NCBI GenBank assembly: GCA_963736115.1
Contig: CAVTNR010000012.1
Coordinates: 192,001-256,000 of the forward strand
DNA: 64,000 nucleotides
Source of the DNA: an uncultured bacterium
Lineage (GTDB): Bacteria; Zhuqueibacterota; QNDG01; DTFT01
Direction: 5' to 3'
Shown here piece by piece: positions 19,991 through 29,100 of this stretch. The notes below the pieces were generated by a model that saw nothing but the letters and a program-made list of their open reading frames with translations, did not search any database and had not been told where the DNA came from. The translations under genes were made by a program, and so were the position numbers. Position 1 is the stretch's first letter. Each line of letters opens with the position of its first letter.

Positions 19991-20887
19991 TCACCCCGCA
20001 ATGAACAGCCCTGCCGTCAGAAGAGCCGGGGTCAGCAGGATGATCACAACGTTCAGCCCGAGCGCCGGAATCAGGGCCTCCGGATGCTCCGCGTTCCTCC
20101 GCGCCAGGCGGTATGCCTTCCAGGATAGCGGAACAGTCAGAATCATCAGGAGTGAAGCCGGGGGAAGCACTCGAAGCAGGACTGCGGCGGGAATGATCAG
20201 ATAAGGCAGAAGCAGGAAAACGCCGTATATCCCCGCGCTTCTTCTACGGCCGATGAGCACGGGGAAATGCCTCCGGCCCACCGAGCGGTCCGCCTCCACG
20301 TCCGGAAACTGGTTCAAGAGCAGGAGGTTGCTGACGAGGAAGAACGGAACCAGGGATGCGGTCAGGGACGCGGCCGTGACCGTGCCTGTCAGGGCGAAAT
20401 GACTTCCCGTCACCATCAGAACGCCGAAACCCAGGCCCGGCGCCGCGAGGCAGAGCACGGGATGCTTCACCCACCAGACCGTATAAGTGACCGCGATGAA
20501 GAGACCGGAAAGCCCGATCGGCAGAAGCAGCCATCCCCGCATCCGAATGAAGTAGAGACCGATGGCCGCTGTGATCATGAAGGACAGAATCCCCAGCACC
20601 AGGGCGGTCGCCTTTTTATTCGGATCCGCCTGGAGCGTGCCGCTTCCCCCGCTGAACGGCGTGCGCCGGGTTTTCGCGTCCAGGCCGCTGCGGAAATCGA
20701 AGTATTCGTTGAACACATTGACGCAGGCGTGGGCGGACACCGCTCCGAGCATCACCAGCAGAACAGACGGGAAATTCCATTCACCGGTCTGGTGATAGGC
20801 CGTGGCCGCGCCCACAGCCGCGCACACCGGAGCCAGGACCAGGAAAGGGGCGCGGATGAGGCCGAACACCTGCTTGAAAAAAACCAT
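19991..20887 (-). CDS. UbiA/MenA-family prenyltransferase
   Basis: NEYFDFRSGLD...RTPFSGGSG, NQFPDVEAD..VGR; ATG 20887 has GAGG SD. Confidence 0.88.
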   Translation of the reverse strand: MVFFKQVFGLIRAPFLVLAPVCAAVGAATAYHQTGEWNFPSVLLVMLGAVSAHACVNVFNEYFDFRSGLDAKTRRTPFSGGSGTLQADPNKKATALVLGILSFMITAAIGLYFIRMRGWLLLPIGLSGLFIAVTYTVWWVKHPVLCLAAPGLGFGVLMVTGSHFALTGTVTAASLTASLVPFFLVSNLLLLNQFPDVEADRSVGRRHFPVLIGRRRSAGIYGVFLLLPYLIIPAAVLLRVLPPASLLMILTVPLSWKAYRLARRNAEHPEALIPALGLNVVIILLTPALLTAGLFIAG

Positions 20888-20918
20888 GCGGGATGTCCTC
20901 AAACATCAGGAATACAAA

Positions 20919-20947
20919 AAAGTAGGAACAAAATGGGGGATTGTCAA
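20919..20947 (-). promoter_or_regulatory. sigma70 promoter
   Basis: TTGACA-17-TACTTT. Confidence 0.65.
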
Positions 20948-20976
20948 CAGGAATTCGCCGCGTACGGGATCATTTT

Positions 20977-21167
20977 TCATTGCGAGCCCCGTCCGTCCCC
21001 GGATCAAGTCAGGGGCAAGCTGTTCAGGACGGGGCGCGGCAATCTCAACATCAAACGGCAGGAATAGTTGATGGCGCCAGGGTTCAACCCTGGCGCCATC
21101 AAGGGAAATTGGTGAATCCGACCTATGCCGGACACTCAAGATCGGCAATCATCAATCTTCAATCGTC
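20977..21167. repeat. Nested palindromic repeats and heptamers
   Basis: TCATTGCGAG...CGCGGCAATCTC enclosing CCCCGGATCAAGTCAGGGG; perfect 17-bp-arm palindrome 21068-21102; AATCNTC x3. Confidence 0.7.
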
Positions 21168-21170
21168 CAC

Positions 21171-21199
21171 AAAAAAACCCCGGACCGACCGGACCGGGG
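21171..21199 (-). terminator. Intrinsic terminator after hybrid kinase
   Basis: CCCCGG.....CCGGGG stem then U7 on minus strand. Confidence 0.65.
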
Positions 21200-21229
21200 C
21201 GAGAAATGCCGTCACATCTCGGAAAAAAA

Positions 21230-23227
21230 TCAGGCTTTGTCCATCTCCGTACGCACGGTCTGCAGCAGATCCACAAGCGTGAAGGGTTTCTGCATAAAGC
21301 GGAATCCCTTCCGACGGATGATTTTCCACTGCGACTTCGTGTCCGTGTATCCGCTGGTCAGGACGACTTTCATCGAGGGCCGCTTTCCCAGAACATTCTC
21401 GATGAGTGTGATGCCGCTGCCGTCCGGAAGCACGACATCGGTGAACACCATGTCGAACGCGGCGCCTTCGTCCCGGAAAGCCGCGAGGCCCTCCTCGAGC
21501 GTCGACACCGCGCGCACCTGATATCCGTATTTTTCAAGCGCGCGCGTGCTGAATTCGCGAACCATCCGCTCGTCTTCGACGACCAGAATGCGTTCCCCCC
21601 GGCCCCTGAAATCCCCGGCCGCGACGATCGGCGCCGCAGGCTCTTCGACCGCGGCCGATGCCGCGGGAAGGTAGATCTTGAACTCGGATCCCTGGGCCGG
21701 TTCCGAGTAGACGCTGATCCACCCGCTGTGCATCTTCACGATGCCGTAGACCACGGACAGCCCCAGGCCGGTTCCCTTGCCGGGGCCCTTGGTGCTGTAA
21801 AACGGCTCGAAAATGCGCTCCCGGACTTCGCGGCTCATGCCGGACCCCGTATCCGAAATTGAGAGTCGGACGAACCGGCCCGGCCGGGCCTCGGGCACCA
21901 TGCGGCAGTAGAAATCGTCCAGTTCGACGTTCTCCGTGCGGATCGTGAGCTTGCCTCCCTTGGGCATCGCGTCCCGGCCGTTCACGGACAGGTTGACGAT
22001 GACCTGTTCCAGGGTGCCGCGGTCGGCCAGCACGTTCCACAGGTCCGGGTTTGTATGCGTGACGATTTCGATGTCCTCACTTATGAGCCGGTGCAGCATC
22101 TTCAGGAGGTCTTCCACTGTCCGGTTGACCTGCAGGGGCGCCATGTGGGTGAGGTGCCTCCGGCTGAACAGCAGGAGCTGACGCGTCAGCTCCGCGGCAC
22201 GCTGGGACGCGGCCTGGACCTCCTGCAGATCCCGGAGCGCCTCATGGTCTTCCGGAATCTTCATCAGGGCGAGATCCATGCACCCCTGAATCGCCGTCAG
22301 CAGATTGTTGAAATCATGCGCCACGCCGCCGGCCAGCGTTCCGATCGCCTCCATCTTCTGGGACTGGTAGAGCTGGGTCTGAATTTTGGCCTTCTCGGCC
22401 TCGGCCCGCTTCTGCTCCGTGACGTCGAGCCTCACTTCCACCGCGCCGATGATTTCGCCGTCGTCGCCCCGCACCGGATACGCCCGGCCGGCCCAGACCC
22501 TGCCGTCCGGCGCCGTGTGCTCCGTCCTCTGGGGGAACCCCGTTTCCAGAATGTCGGGGATCGGACAGTCGGCGCAGGGCCGGTCGGATCCGCTCCAGAG
22601 CTCGTGACAGCGCCGGCCTTCAAGCTGGCCGGGCGCGGCGCCGAAGGTCTGCTCGGCCAGCGGGTTCGCCCAGATGATGCGGCGGTCGAGACTCTGATAG
22701 GTGACGCTCTCGAGCACACTGCCGAGAATCAGGCCCTTCTCGCGTTCCGATTCGCGGAGCGCCCGCTCGCTTTTTCGGAGCGCCTCCTCGGCCACGGTCT
22801 GCTCGGTAACGTTCTGCGAGACGATGATGGCGCCCTTGGGAAAAGGCGAGATCGTCACCCGGATGTATTTCGACTTGTACCTGAGGGCCGGAAAGGTCTT
22901 GGAGGCGTTCCGTTCCATGCAGGCCATGAGTTCGGCGTGCATGTCGGTTTCGTGGTGGGCGGCATAGTCGACGTACATGAGGTCGCCCCGGTCCGGAAGC
23001 CGGCCCTCGGACGCCTTCTTGGCGAGGTTGAAGTCCGAGACGCGGCCCTGCCGGTCGACGATGATGGTTTCAAGCGGATGATAATGGAACAGTTCGAGAT
23101 CGAGCGAAGGATCGGCGGAGAGGATCCGGCCGTCGCGCGCTCCCGGCGAATGATCGTGCTGCGGAGAGACTCGGGAGCGCGCGCCGTCTCCCGCCGGCGC
23201 GGTTTCCCCTGGGGGTGGCAATTCCAT
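21230..23227 (-). CDS. PAS hybrid sensor histidine kinase/response regulator
   Basis: QSQKMEAIGTLAGGVAHDFNNLL, NGRDAMP.GG, KGTGLGL, C-terminal REC. Confidence 0.94.
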   Translation of the reverse strand: MELPPPGETAPAGDGARSRVSPQHDHSPGARDGRILSADPSLDLELFHYHPLETIIVDRQGRVSDFNLAKKASEGRLPDRGDLMYVDYAAHHETDMHAELMACMERNASKTFPALRYKSKYIRVTISPFPKGAIIVSQNVTEQTVAEEALRKSERALRESEREKGLILGSVLESVTYQSLDRRIIWANPLAEQTFGAAPGQLEGRRCHELWSGSDRPCADCPIPDILETGFPQRTEHTAPDGRVWAGRAYPVRGDDGEIIGAVEVRLDVTEQKRAEAEKAKIQTQLYQSQKMEAIGTLAGGVAHDFNNLLTAIQGCMDLALMKIPEDHEALRDLQEVQAASQRAAELTRQLLLFSRRHLTHMAPLQVNRTVEDLLKMLHRLISEDIEIVTHTNPDLWNVLADRGTLEQVIVNLSVNGRDAMPKGGKLTIRTENVELDDFYCRMVPEARPGRFVRLSISDTGSGMSREVRERIFEPFYSTKGPGKGTGLGLSVVYGIVKMHSGWISVYSEPAQGSEFKIYLPAASAAVEEPAAPIVAAGDFRGRGERILVVEDERMVREFSTRALEKYGYQVRAVSTLEEGLAAFRDEGAAFDMVFTDVVLPDGSGITLIENVLGKRPSMKVVLTSGYTDTKSQWKIIRRKGFRFMQKPFTLVDLLQTVRTEMDKA

Positions 23228-23394
23228 GGTTTCGTGGGTTCCTCATTGATGCTGCCCGGTGTTGCCGAAAGCGCGGCTGATTCTCGGAATCGGATACAGA
23301 AATCCAAGTTCAGGAAAAACCGCTGGAAATGCAAGCCCTTTGAGAAATGTGACGAAAATTTAACATCCGGCGCGCGCGGTTCCGCGCGCGCCGC

Positions 23395-23784
23395 TCAATT
23401 CCCTCCCGCCTGCAGCTGAGCTTTGCGGAATTCCAGCCCCCGTTCGATCAGGTCACGCATCTGATCGACCTTCAGGGGCTTCGTGACATAGGTGTAGGCC
23501 TCCTCCTCGATGGTCTCCGTGATGGCGTCGGCCGAGGGGAAACCCGTCACCATGATGATGACGGCGTGCGGGTCCTTTTCCTTGACCTTGTGAAGGAACG
23601 TGACGCCGTCCATTTCCGGCATCTTGACGTCCACCACGAACAGATCGATCGGCTGCCGCTGGAACTTCTGCCACGCCACTTCCCCGTTTTCCGCCTCGAC
23701 GGGTGTGTGGCCGAGATCCTCCACGATACGCCGGATGAACCGGCGGACCATGTCTACGTCATCCGCGATCATGATAGTGGCCAA
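23395..23784 (-). CDS. Single-domain response regulator
   Basis: IMIADD...DVKMPEMDG...VTG...KP; TTG start after GGGAGG. Confidence 0.9.
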   Translation of the reverse strand: MATIMIADDVDMVRRFIRRIVEDLGHTPVEAENGEVAWQKFQRQPIDLFVVDVKMPEMDGVTFLHKVKEKDPHAVIIMVTGFPSADAITETIEEEAYTYVTKPLKVDQMRDLIERGLEFRKAQLQAGGN

Positions 23785-23850
23785 GACAACCTCCCTTCAA
23801 GTATGACGGCGCCGCCGCCGCGTCCGTCCGAACCGGCCGGCCGCGGTCTC

Positions 23851-25725
23851 CTAGAATTGGTCCGGCGCGATCCTGGGTCCGTGTTTCGCCTTCGCCTCTT
23901 CGAGGCGCCGGATTTCGTCCCGGATCACATCGAACAGCTCCGGAGGCGCGTTCCGGACTTCGGTCCGGTAGATTTTTTCAATGCGTTCCATCTTCGCGAG
24001 AAATTGGTCGACGCGGATGGTGAACTGTTCGGTGTAGGCTTCGCGCGAATAGGTCCTGCCCTGGAGCGTCCGGAACAGCGCCTCCAGGTCCCCGTATTCC
24101 GGTATGTATCCAACCGGCGTCCGGATGGCGCCGGCCTCCCCATGCGTCCGTCGCTCCATCCATTTCAGCCACACGGCCTTGTCGGTCTTCTCGTTCAGCC
24201 AGCGGCCGTCGGCACCGCGCAGAAAATAATTCACGCCGAATACCGGCGGCGTCCGGCGCAGGCTCCGCCCCATGTCCAGGTTGTTCCGGATATAGCGCCC
24301 GAGCGGAACGGACACGAAATCAAGGTTCGACATCGGGTCGAAATTCACCACGCCTTCCTTCGAGAGCGTGGCGGCCGTGGTCTCCGATTCGAGCGAGGCC
24401 GCGATGGTGACGATGCCGTGGACCCAATCGAACGCCTGCCGCACCGGCACCCAGGCCGAGGAGTCCCGCGCCCCGTAGATGACGCCCCCCACCTCAACGC
24501 CCTCGGGATTGTCGAGATTGGGATCGACATTCTCCAGGCCGCTCAGGCTCAGGGTGAACCGGCCGTTCTTATGGGAGGGGTCGATTTCCCGGCCCTTGGA
24601 GTCCTTCTTCCCGGGGGTCCATTCGCCGGAATGGTTGACGCCCTTCGGGGGCACGGGGCCGTCCTTGCCGATCCAGTACACGGTTCCCTCGGGGGTCACC
24701 AGAACATTGGAAAAGATGATTTCATTCGGCGCGTGCAGGGTTTTCCACAAAATGGGATCGTCCTTCGAATTCACGCCCATAATGATACCGAACATGCCCT
24801 TCTCGACGTTGACCGCGCGGAGTTCGCCGCCGATGTTCCGGAGGTAGGCGATGTCGTCGCCGACGATGGACTCCCCGTTCATCATCGAAGTCGAGGTCTT
24901 GCCGCACAGGGAGGGGAAGGCGCCGGTGAAGTAGGTCTTTCGGCCGGCGGGGCCGTGCACGCCCATTACGAACATGTGCTCGCAAAGCCAGCCCTCGGAC
25001 GAAGCAAGGTGGATGGCCAGGCGCATCGAGAGCTTTTTCAGGCCCAGCGTATTCCCGCCGTACTGGGTGTTCGCGCTGTACACGGTCTGACCCGTGGTGT
25101 CCACGTAGACGCGCCTCAGCGGAATGTTTTTACTGACGCCGTTCTCAAGCTCGCCCTGGCTGTGCAGCACCTTGAAGAACCGGGCTTTCGAGCCCTGCCG
25201 CCTGAATTCCTCGTATCCCTGCCGGTACAGCAGGTCGAGGTTGTGGGCCACGTAAGTCGAATCGGTCACCTGACAGGCCAGAACCGTGAAAGCCGAACGC
25301 ACGGGGCCCAGGCAGAAAAACCGGACCCACATCTCGCGGCCTTTCATCGAGCCCTTCAGAATGCCGCGGACCTCCTCAGTTCCCTTGAGCCGCTCCAGGG
25401 TGTTGAAATGCGGACCCAGATCCTCCCCCTCCGGAATCAGGATCCGCGTATTCTCCTTGTCCCTGGCCTGGTCGAGCATGCTGTCGAAATGATAGGTATG
25501 ACCCGGAACCGGAAGCGCGAATTCCTCGCCGTCCGACAGCGCCCGTTCCCGGATGGTTTTCAGATCTTCCGCGGAATCCGTGACCACAAAAACCGATTCC
25601 GGATCCAGGAGTTCCACGGCATCGGCCACGAATGCATACAGTTCGTCGTTGCCGATCGCGGACAGACGTTCGAAGTGTGCGGGTGCGACGCGTTTTTTCA
25701 GGATTTCTTCAGCGGAAAGCGACAT
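23851..25725 (-). CDS. pckG: Phosphoenolpyruvate carboxykinase (GTP)
   Basis: YGGNTLGLKK, WLCEHM, AFPSLCGKT, VGDDIAY, FGVNYF. Confidence 0.95.
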   Translation of the reverse strand: MSLSAEEILKKRVAPAHFERLSAIGNDELYAFVADAVELLDPESVFVVTDSAEDLKTIRERALSDGEEFALPVPGHTYHFDSMLDQARDKENTRILIPEGEDLGPHFNTLERLKGTEEVRGILKGSMKGREMWVRFFCLGPVRSAFTVLACQVTDSTYVAHNLDLLYRQGYEEFRRQGSKARFFKVLHSQGELENGVSKNIPLRRVYVDTTGQTVYSANTQYGGNTLGLKKLSMRLAIHLASSEGWLCEHMFVMGVHGPAGRKTYFTGAFPSLCGKTSTSMMNGESIVGDDIAYLRNIGGELRAVNVEKGMFGIIMGVNSKDDPILWKTLHAPNEIIFSNVLVTPEGTVYWIGKDGPVPPKGVNHSGEWTPGKKDSKGREIDPSHKNGRFTLSLSGLENVDPNLDNPEGVEVGGVIYGARDSSAWVPVRQAFDWVHGIVTIAASLESETTAATLSKEGVVNFDPMSNLDFVSVPLGRYIRNNLDMGRSLRRTPPVFGVNYFLRGADGRWLNEKTDKAVWLKWMERRTHGEAGAIRTPVGYIPEYGDLEALFRTLQGRTYSREAYTEQFTIRVDQFLAKMERIEKIYRTEVRNAPPELFDVIRDEIRRLEEAKAKHGPRIAPDQF

Positions 25726-25830
25726 GCATGTCTCCGTTGTGGGGGTGATGATTTTTTCTACCGCACGCCCCCAATCGAGTCATACGACAGAATGGAAATA
25801 TTTCCGGAAGTGAATATGAATCCTTCCAAC

Positions 25831-25859
25831 AATTTAACACCCGTAATATTCAATGTCAA
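25831..25859 (-). promoter_or_regulatory. sigma70 promoter for pckG
   Basis: TTGACA-17-TAAATT. Confidence 0.7.
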
Positions 25860-25883
25860 CCGATAATTACCGGGCGTTCCGGC

Positions 25884-27155
25884 TCAGGCGTACAATCCCC
25901 GCATTTCCGAGGCCTTGACCACCCGCGTGATACCCACGATGAAAGCGGCCGTCCGCAAGGCCACTTTATACTGTCTGGCCGTGGCCATCACGTCATTGAA
26001 AGCGTGCACCATGATCCTTTCGAGGTCCTTGTTCACCTGTTCCTCGGTCCAGTAATAGCCGGTCCGGTTCTGGACCCATTCCAGGTAGGAGACCGTGACG
26101 CCTCCCGCATTGGCGAGAACATCCGGAATGATATGCACGCCCTTGGCCCGGAGAATCAAATCCGCCTCCGGCGTGGTGGGACCGTTGGCCCCCTCGGCGA
26201 TGATGCGGGCCCGGATGCGGCCGGCGTTCTCCTCAGTGATCTGCCCTTCGAGCGCCGCCGGGATGAGAATGTCGCAGTCAACTTCCAGGAGTTTCATCGG
26301 ATCGTCCAGCCGGCGGACCTTGCAGAATTTTTCTAGATTTTTCAGGGTCTTGCACGATCCGGACCGTATGCATTCCAGGGCTTTGTCGACGGGAATGCCG
26401 TCTTGATTCTCATAGGCTCCGTCCACGTCGGAAATGGCGACGATTTTCGCGCCCATGGATTCGAGTATCCGCGCGGCATGGGAGCCCACGTTCCCGAATC
26501 CCTGGATGGCAATACGGGCGCCCTTCAGCTCCATCCGGACATGTTCGTGCTGCACCATCTCTCGGACGCAGATCGCGACACCCAGAGAAGTGGAGCAGCT
26601 CCGGCCCTGTGATCCGTACAGTTCCAGGGGCTTTCCGGTGATCACGTCCGGGACGAACTGCTTGTAATGCATGGAATACGTGTCCATCATCCAGCCCATG
26701 ATCTGGGGGTTGGTGTTGACGTCCGGGGCGGGCACGTCCTGGTTCGGGCCGAAAAGATCGGCCAATTCGGCGAAATAGCGCCGCGCCAGACGCTCCAGTT
26801 CGTTCACGCTGAGCTTGGAGGGGTCGACCACGACTCCGCCCTTGCCGCCGCCGAAGGGCACGTTGACCACCGCGCACTTGTAGGTCATCCAGAAGGCCAG
26901 CGCCTTGATCTCGTCGGGATTCACATCCGGATGGAAGCGGATGCCGCCCTTGGCGGGGCCGCGCACCGTGCTGTGCTGGCACCGGTATCCCTTGAAGATC
27001 CGGATGGAGCCGTCGTCCATGCGCACGGGCAGGTTGACTTCGGTCATGCGCCGGGGCTCCCGGATCATGGCGACCTGGTTGTCCGTCAGGTTGAGGATTT
27101 TCGCGGCTTCGTCGAACTGCCTCATGGCGATGGAAAACGCGTTCATGTTCATCAT
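25884..27155 (-). CDS. gdhA: Glutamate dehydrogenase (Glu/Leu/Phe/Val family)
   Basis: GPAKGGIRFHP, GGGKGG, DVPAPD, QGFGNVG, EGANGP, NAGGVTVSY. Confidence 0.93.
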   Translation of the reverse strand: MMNMNAFSIAMRQFDEAAKILNLTDNQVAMIREPRRMTEVNLPVRMDDGSIRIFKGYRCQHSTVRGPAKGGIRFHPDVNPDEIKALAFWMTYKCAVVNVPFGGGKGGVVVDPSKLSVNELERLARRYFAELADLFGPNQDVPAPDVNTNPQIMGWMMDTYSMHYKQFVPDVITGKPLELYGSQGRSCSTSLGVAICVREMVQHEHVRMELKGARIAIQGFGNVGSHAARILESMGAKIVAISDVDGAYENQDGIPVDKALECIRSGSCKTLKNLEKFCKVRRLDDPMKLLEVDCDILIPAALEGQITEENAGRIRARIIAEGANGPTTPEADLILRAKGVHIIPDVLANAGGVTVSYLEWVQNRTGYYWTEEQVNKDLERIMVHAFNDVMATARQYKVALRTAAFIVGITRVVKASEMRGLYA

Positions 27156-27273
27156 CTGCGCTCCTTTGCTGGCGCCGGCGTTCCCTCGCGCATCCACGCC
27201 GGACCGGCCGTCACGAAGGACGGACCTTCAATTCCGAGCCCGCGTCGAAGCGAGACTGGACGTCCCTCGCCGG

Positions 27274-27438
27274 TTAGGTGGTTTCGGCCTCGTCGATCAG
27301 CATGATGGGAATGTCGTCTTCGATCCGGTAGCTGAGCCGGCAGGCCGGGCATTCCAGCCGGGCCTTTTCCGGTTCGTATTTCAGATCGCCCTTGCACTTG
27401 GGACAGGCAAGTATGTCAAGGAGTTCGGGTTTGAGCAT
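27274..27438 (-). CDS. Trm112-family protein (54 aa, below ORF-track cutoff)
   Basis: Manual translation [54 protein letters not shown]. Confidence 0.92.
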   Translation of the reverse strand: MLKPELLDILACPKCKGDLKYEPEKARLECPACRLSYRIEDDIPIMLIDEAETT

Positions 27439-27913
27439 GGGTCTCACTTTCTGTCGGTTGCTTCCGCGGTTTTGTCAGCAGGTTCACCACGCCGGGTTCC
27501 GCGCGGACGGGTTTTCCCGACGGGTTCGTGAAACAGTGCAGGGTCCGGCCGCGGGCCAGAATCCGGCCCGTTTCCGCCTCAGCCGCCTCGTAGAGCAGTT
27601 CGACGATGAGCCGGCTCACTTCGCCGATATCGGTCCGGATTTCCACCACATCGTCGTACCGCGCCGGCGCCAGGTACAGGCAAGAGACTTCCCGAACGGG
27701 CAGAAGGAAACCGCTCTCCTCCAGCGCCCGGTACGAGAGACCCATGCCGCGGAGCATTTCCGTGCGCGCCGCCTCGAACCACTCGATGTACCGGCTGTGG
27801 TAGGCCACGCCCATGCGGTCCACTTCGGCGTAGCGGACGCGCGTCCGGTAAACCGCCGAGGCCGCGACCGCGGGCTCCGGACTACCGGGGGCCGGGTTCG
27901 GATCCTTTTTCAT
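27416..27913 (-). CDS. Acyl-CoA thioesterase (YbgC/4HBT hot-dog family)
   Basis: [23 protein letters not shown]...PARYDD. Confidence 0.9.
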   Translation of the reverse strand: MKKDPNPAPGSPEPAVAASAVYRTRVRYAEVDRMGVAYHSRYIEWFEAARTEMLRGMGLSYRALEESGFLLPVREVSCLYLAPARYDDVVEIRTDIGEVSRLIVELLYEAAEAETGRILARGRTLHCFTNPSGKPVRAEPGVVNLLTKPRKQPTESETHAQTRTP

Positions 27914-28869
27914 GCCTGCTTGTAGAATCCCATCCGGCCGTATTTTTCGAGCCGCAGGCGCATCAAATCATCAGGTTTCACCCGCGACAGATCATCGAGG
28001 TTCTTCAGAACGGCCGTTTTCAGCGAAGCCGCGGCCGCGTCCGGATCGCGGTGCGCGCCGCCGAGGGGCTCCCGTACGATTTCATCAATGACACCGAGTT
28101 CCAGAAGATCCGGCGCCGAAGGTTTCAGTATTTCCGCCGCCTGATTGGCCTTGGCCGCATCCTTCCACAGGATTGCCGCGCAGCCCTCCGGTGAAATCAC
28201 CGAGTACCAGGCGTTCTCCATCATGAGAATGCGGTCCCCCATTCCGATGCCGAGCGCGCCGCCCGAGGCGCCCTCGCCGATGATGGCCACCACGATGGGA
28301 ACAGGCAGGCGGGACATCTCGAACAGGTTCCGTGCGATGGCCTCGCCCTGGCCCCGCTCCTCGGCCCCGAGGCCGGGATACGCGCCCGGCGTATCAACGA
28401 GCACGACGACCGGGCGGCCGTACTTGGCCGCGAGTTTCATGAGCCGGATCGCCTTGCGGTATCCCTCGGGGTTCATCATCCCGAAGTTCCGGTGAATTTT
28501 TTCCTTCGTCGTCCGGCCCTTCTGCTGCCCCATGACCATGACGGGCCGGCCCTCCAGAAAAGCCGGGCCCGCGACCAGGGCCGAATCGTCCCCGAACAGC
28601 CTATCCCCGTGCAGTTCAGTGAACTCGGTGAACAGTCGTTCGATGTAATCGAGCGTGTAGGGCCGCTCCGGATGCCGCGAAAGAAGCACGCGCTGCCAGC
28701 GGGTGAGCCTGGAATAGGTGTCTTCCATCAGCCTCTGGAGTTTCGTTTCCAGACGCTTGATTTCGTCCGTGAGCTCGACATGCTGTTCCGCGGAATAGGC
28801 GCGCATATCCGCGATTTTCTTTTCCAGCGCGAGAATGGGTTTCTCAAAATCCAGGACGAATGAAGCCAT
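27910..28869 (-). CDS. accA: Acetyl-CoA carboxylase carboxyltransferase alpha
   Basis: [43 protein letters not shown]. Confidence 0.97.
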   Translation of the reverse strand: MASFVLDFEKPILALEKKIADMRAYSAEQHVELTDEIKRLETKLQRLMEDTYSRLTRWQRVLLSRHPERPYTLDYIERLFTEFTELHGDRLFGDDSALVAGPAFLEGRPVMVMGQQKGRTTKEKIHRNFGMMNPEGYRKAIRLMKLAAKYGRPVVVLVDTPGAYPGLGAEERGQGEAIARNLFEMSRLPVPIVVAIIGEGASGGALGIGMGDRILMMENAWYSVISPEGCAAILWKDAAKANQAAEILKPSAPDLLELGVIDEIVREPLGGAHRDPDAAAASLKTAVLKNLDDLSRVKPDDLMRLRLEKYGRMGFYKQA

Positions 28870-29100
28870 TCGTTTTCATACCTCTTGAAAAGACAAGGGG
28901 TTGAAGGACTCCGCCGTCCCGCTGTGCGGGACCAAGCTATTATATGCCTTCTGATTGAAGGCACACGGCGTGGGTTTACAGTAAAACTGGATGATGGGCG
29001 CCGCGTCCTGCGGCGATTTGACTCACGGAGCGGCCAGAAGCCCAATTTCCGATCATCCAGTAAATCATGGACCAGAAGGACCAGGCTTCTGGCCGCCCGA

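Noticed and set aside
28986-29098. HDV-like ribozyme assignment
   Set aside because: Crossing-helix topology is similar, but P3/L3, P1.1 and the J4/2 catalytic C cannot be placed; kept only as an unclassified structure
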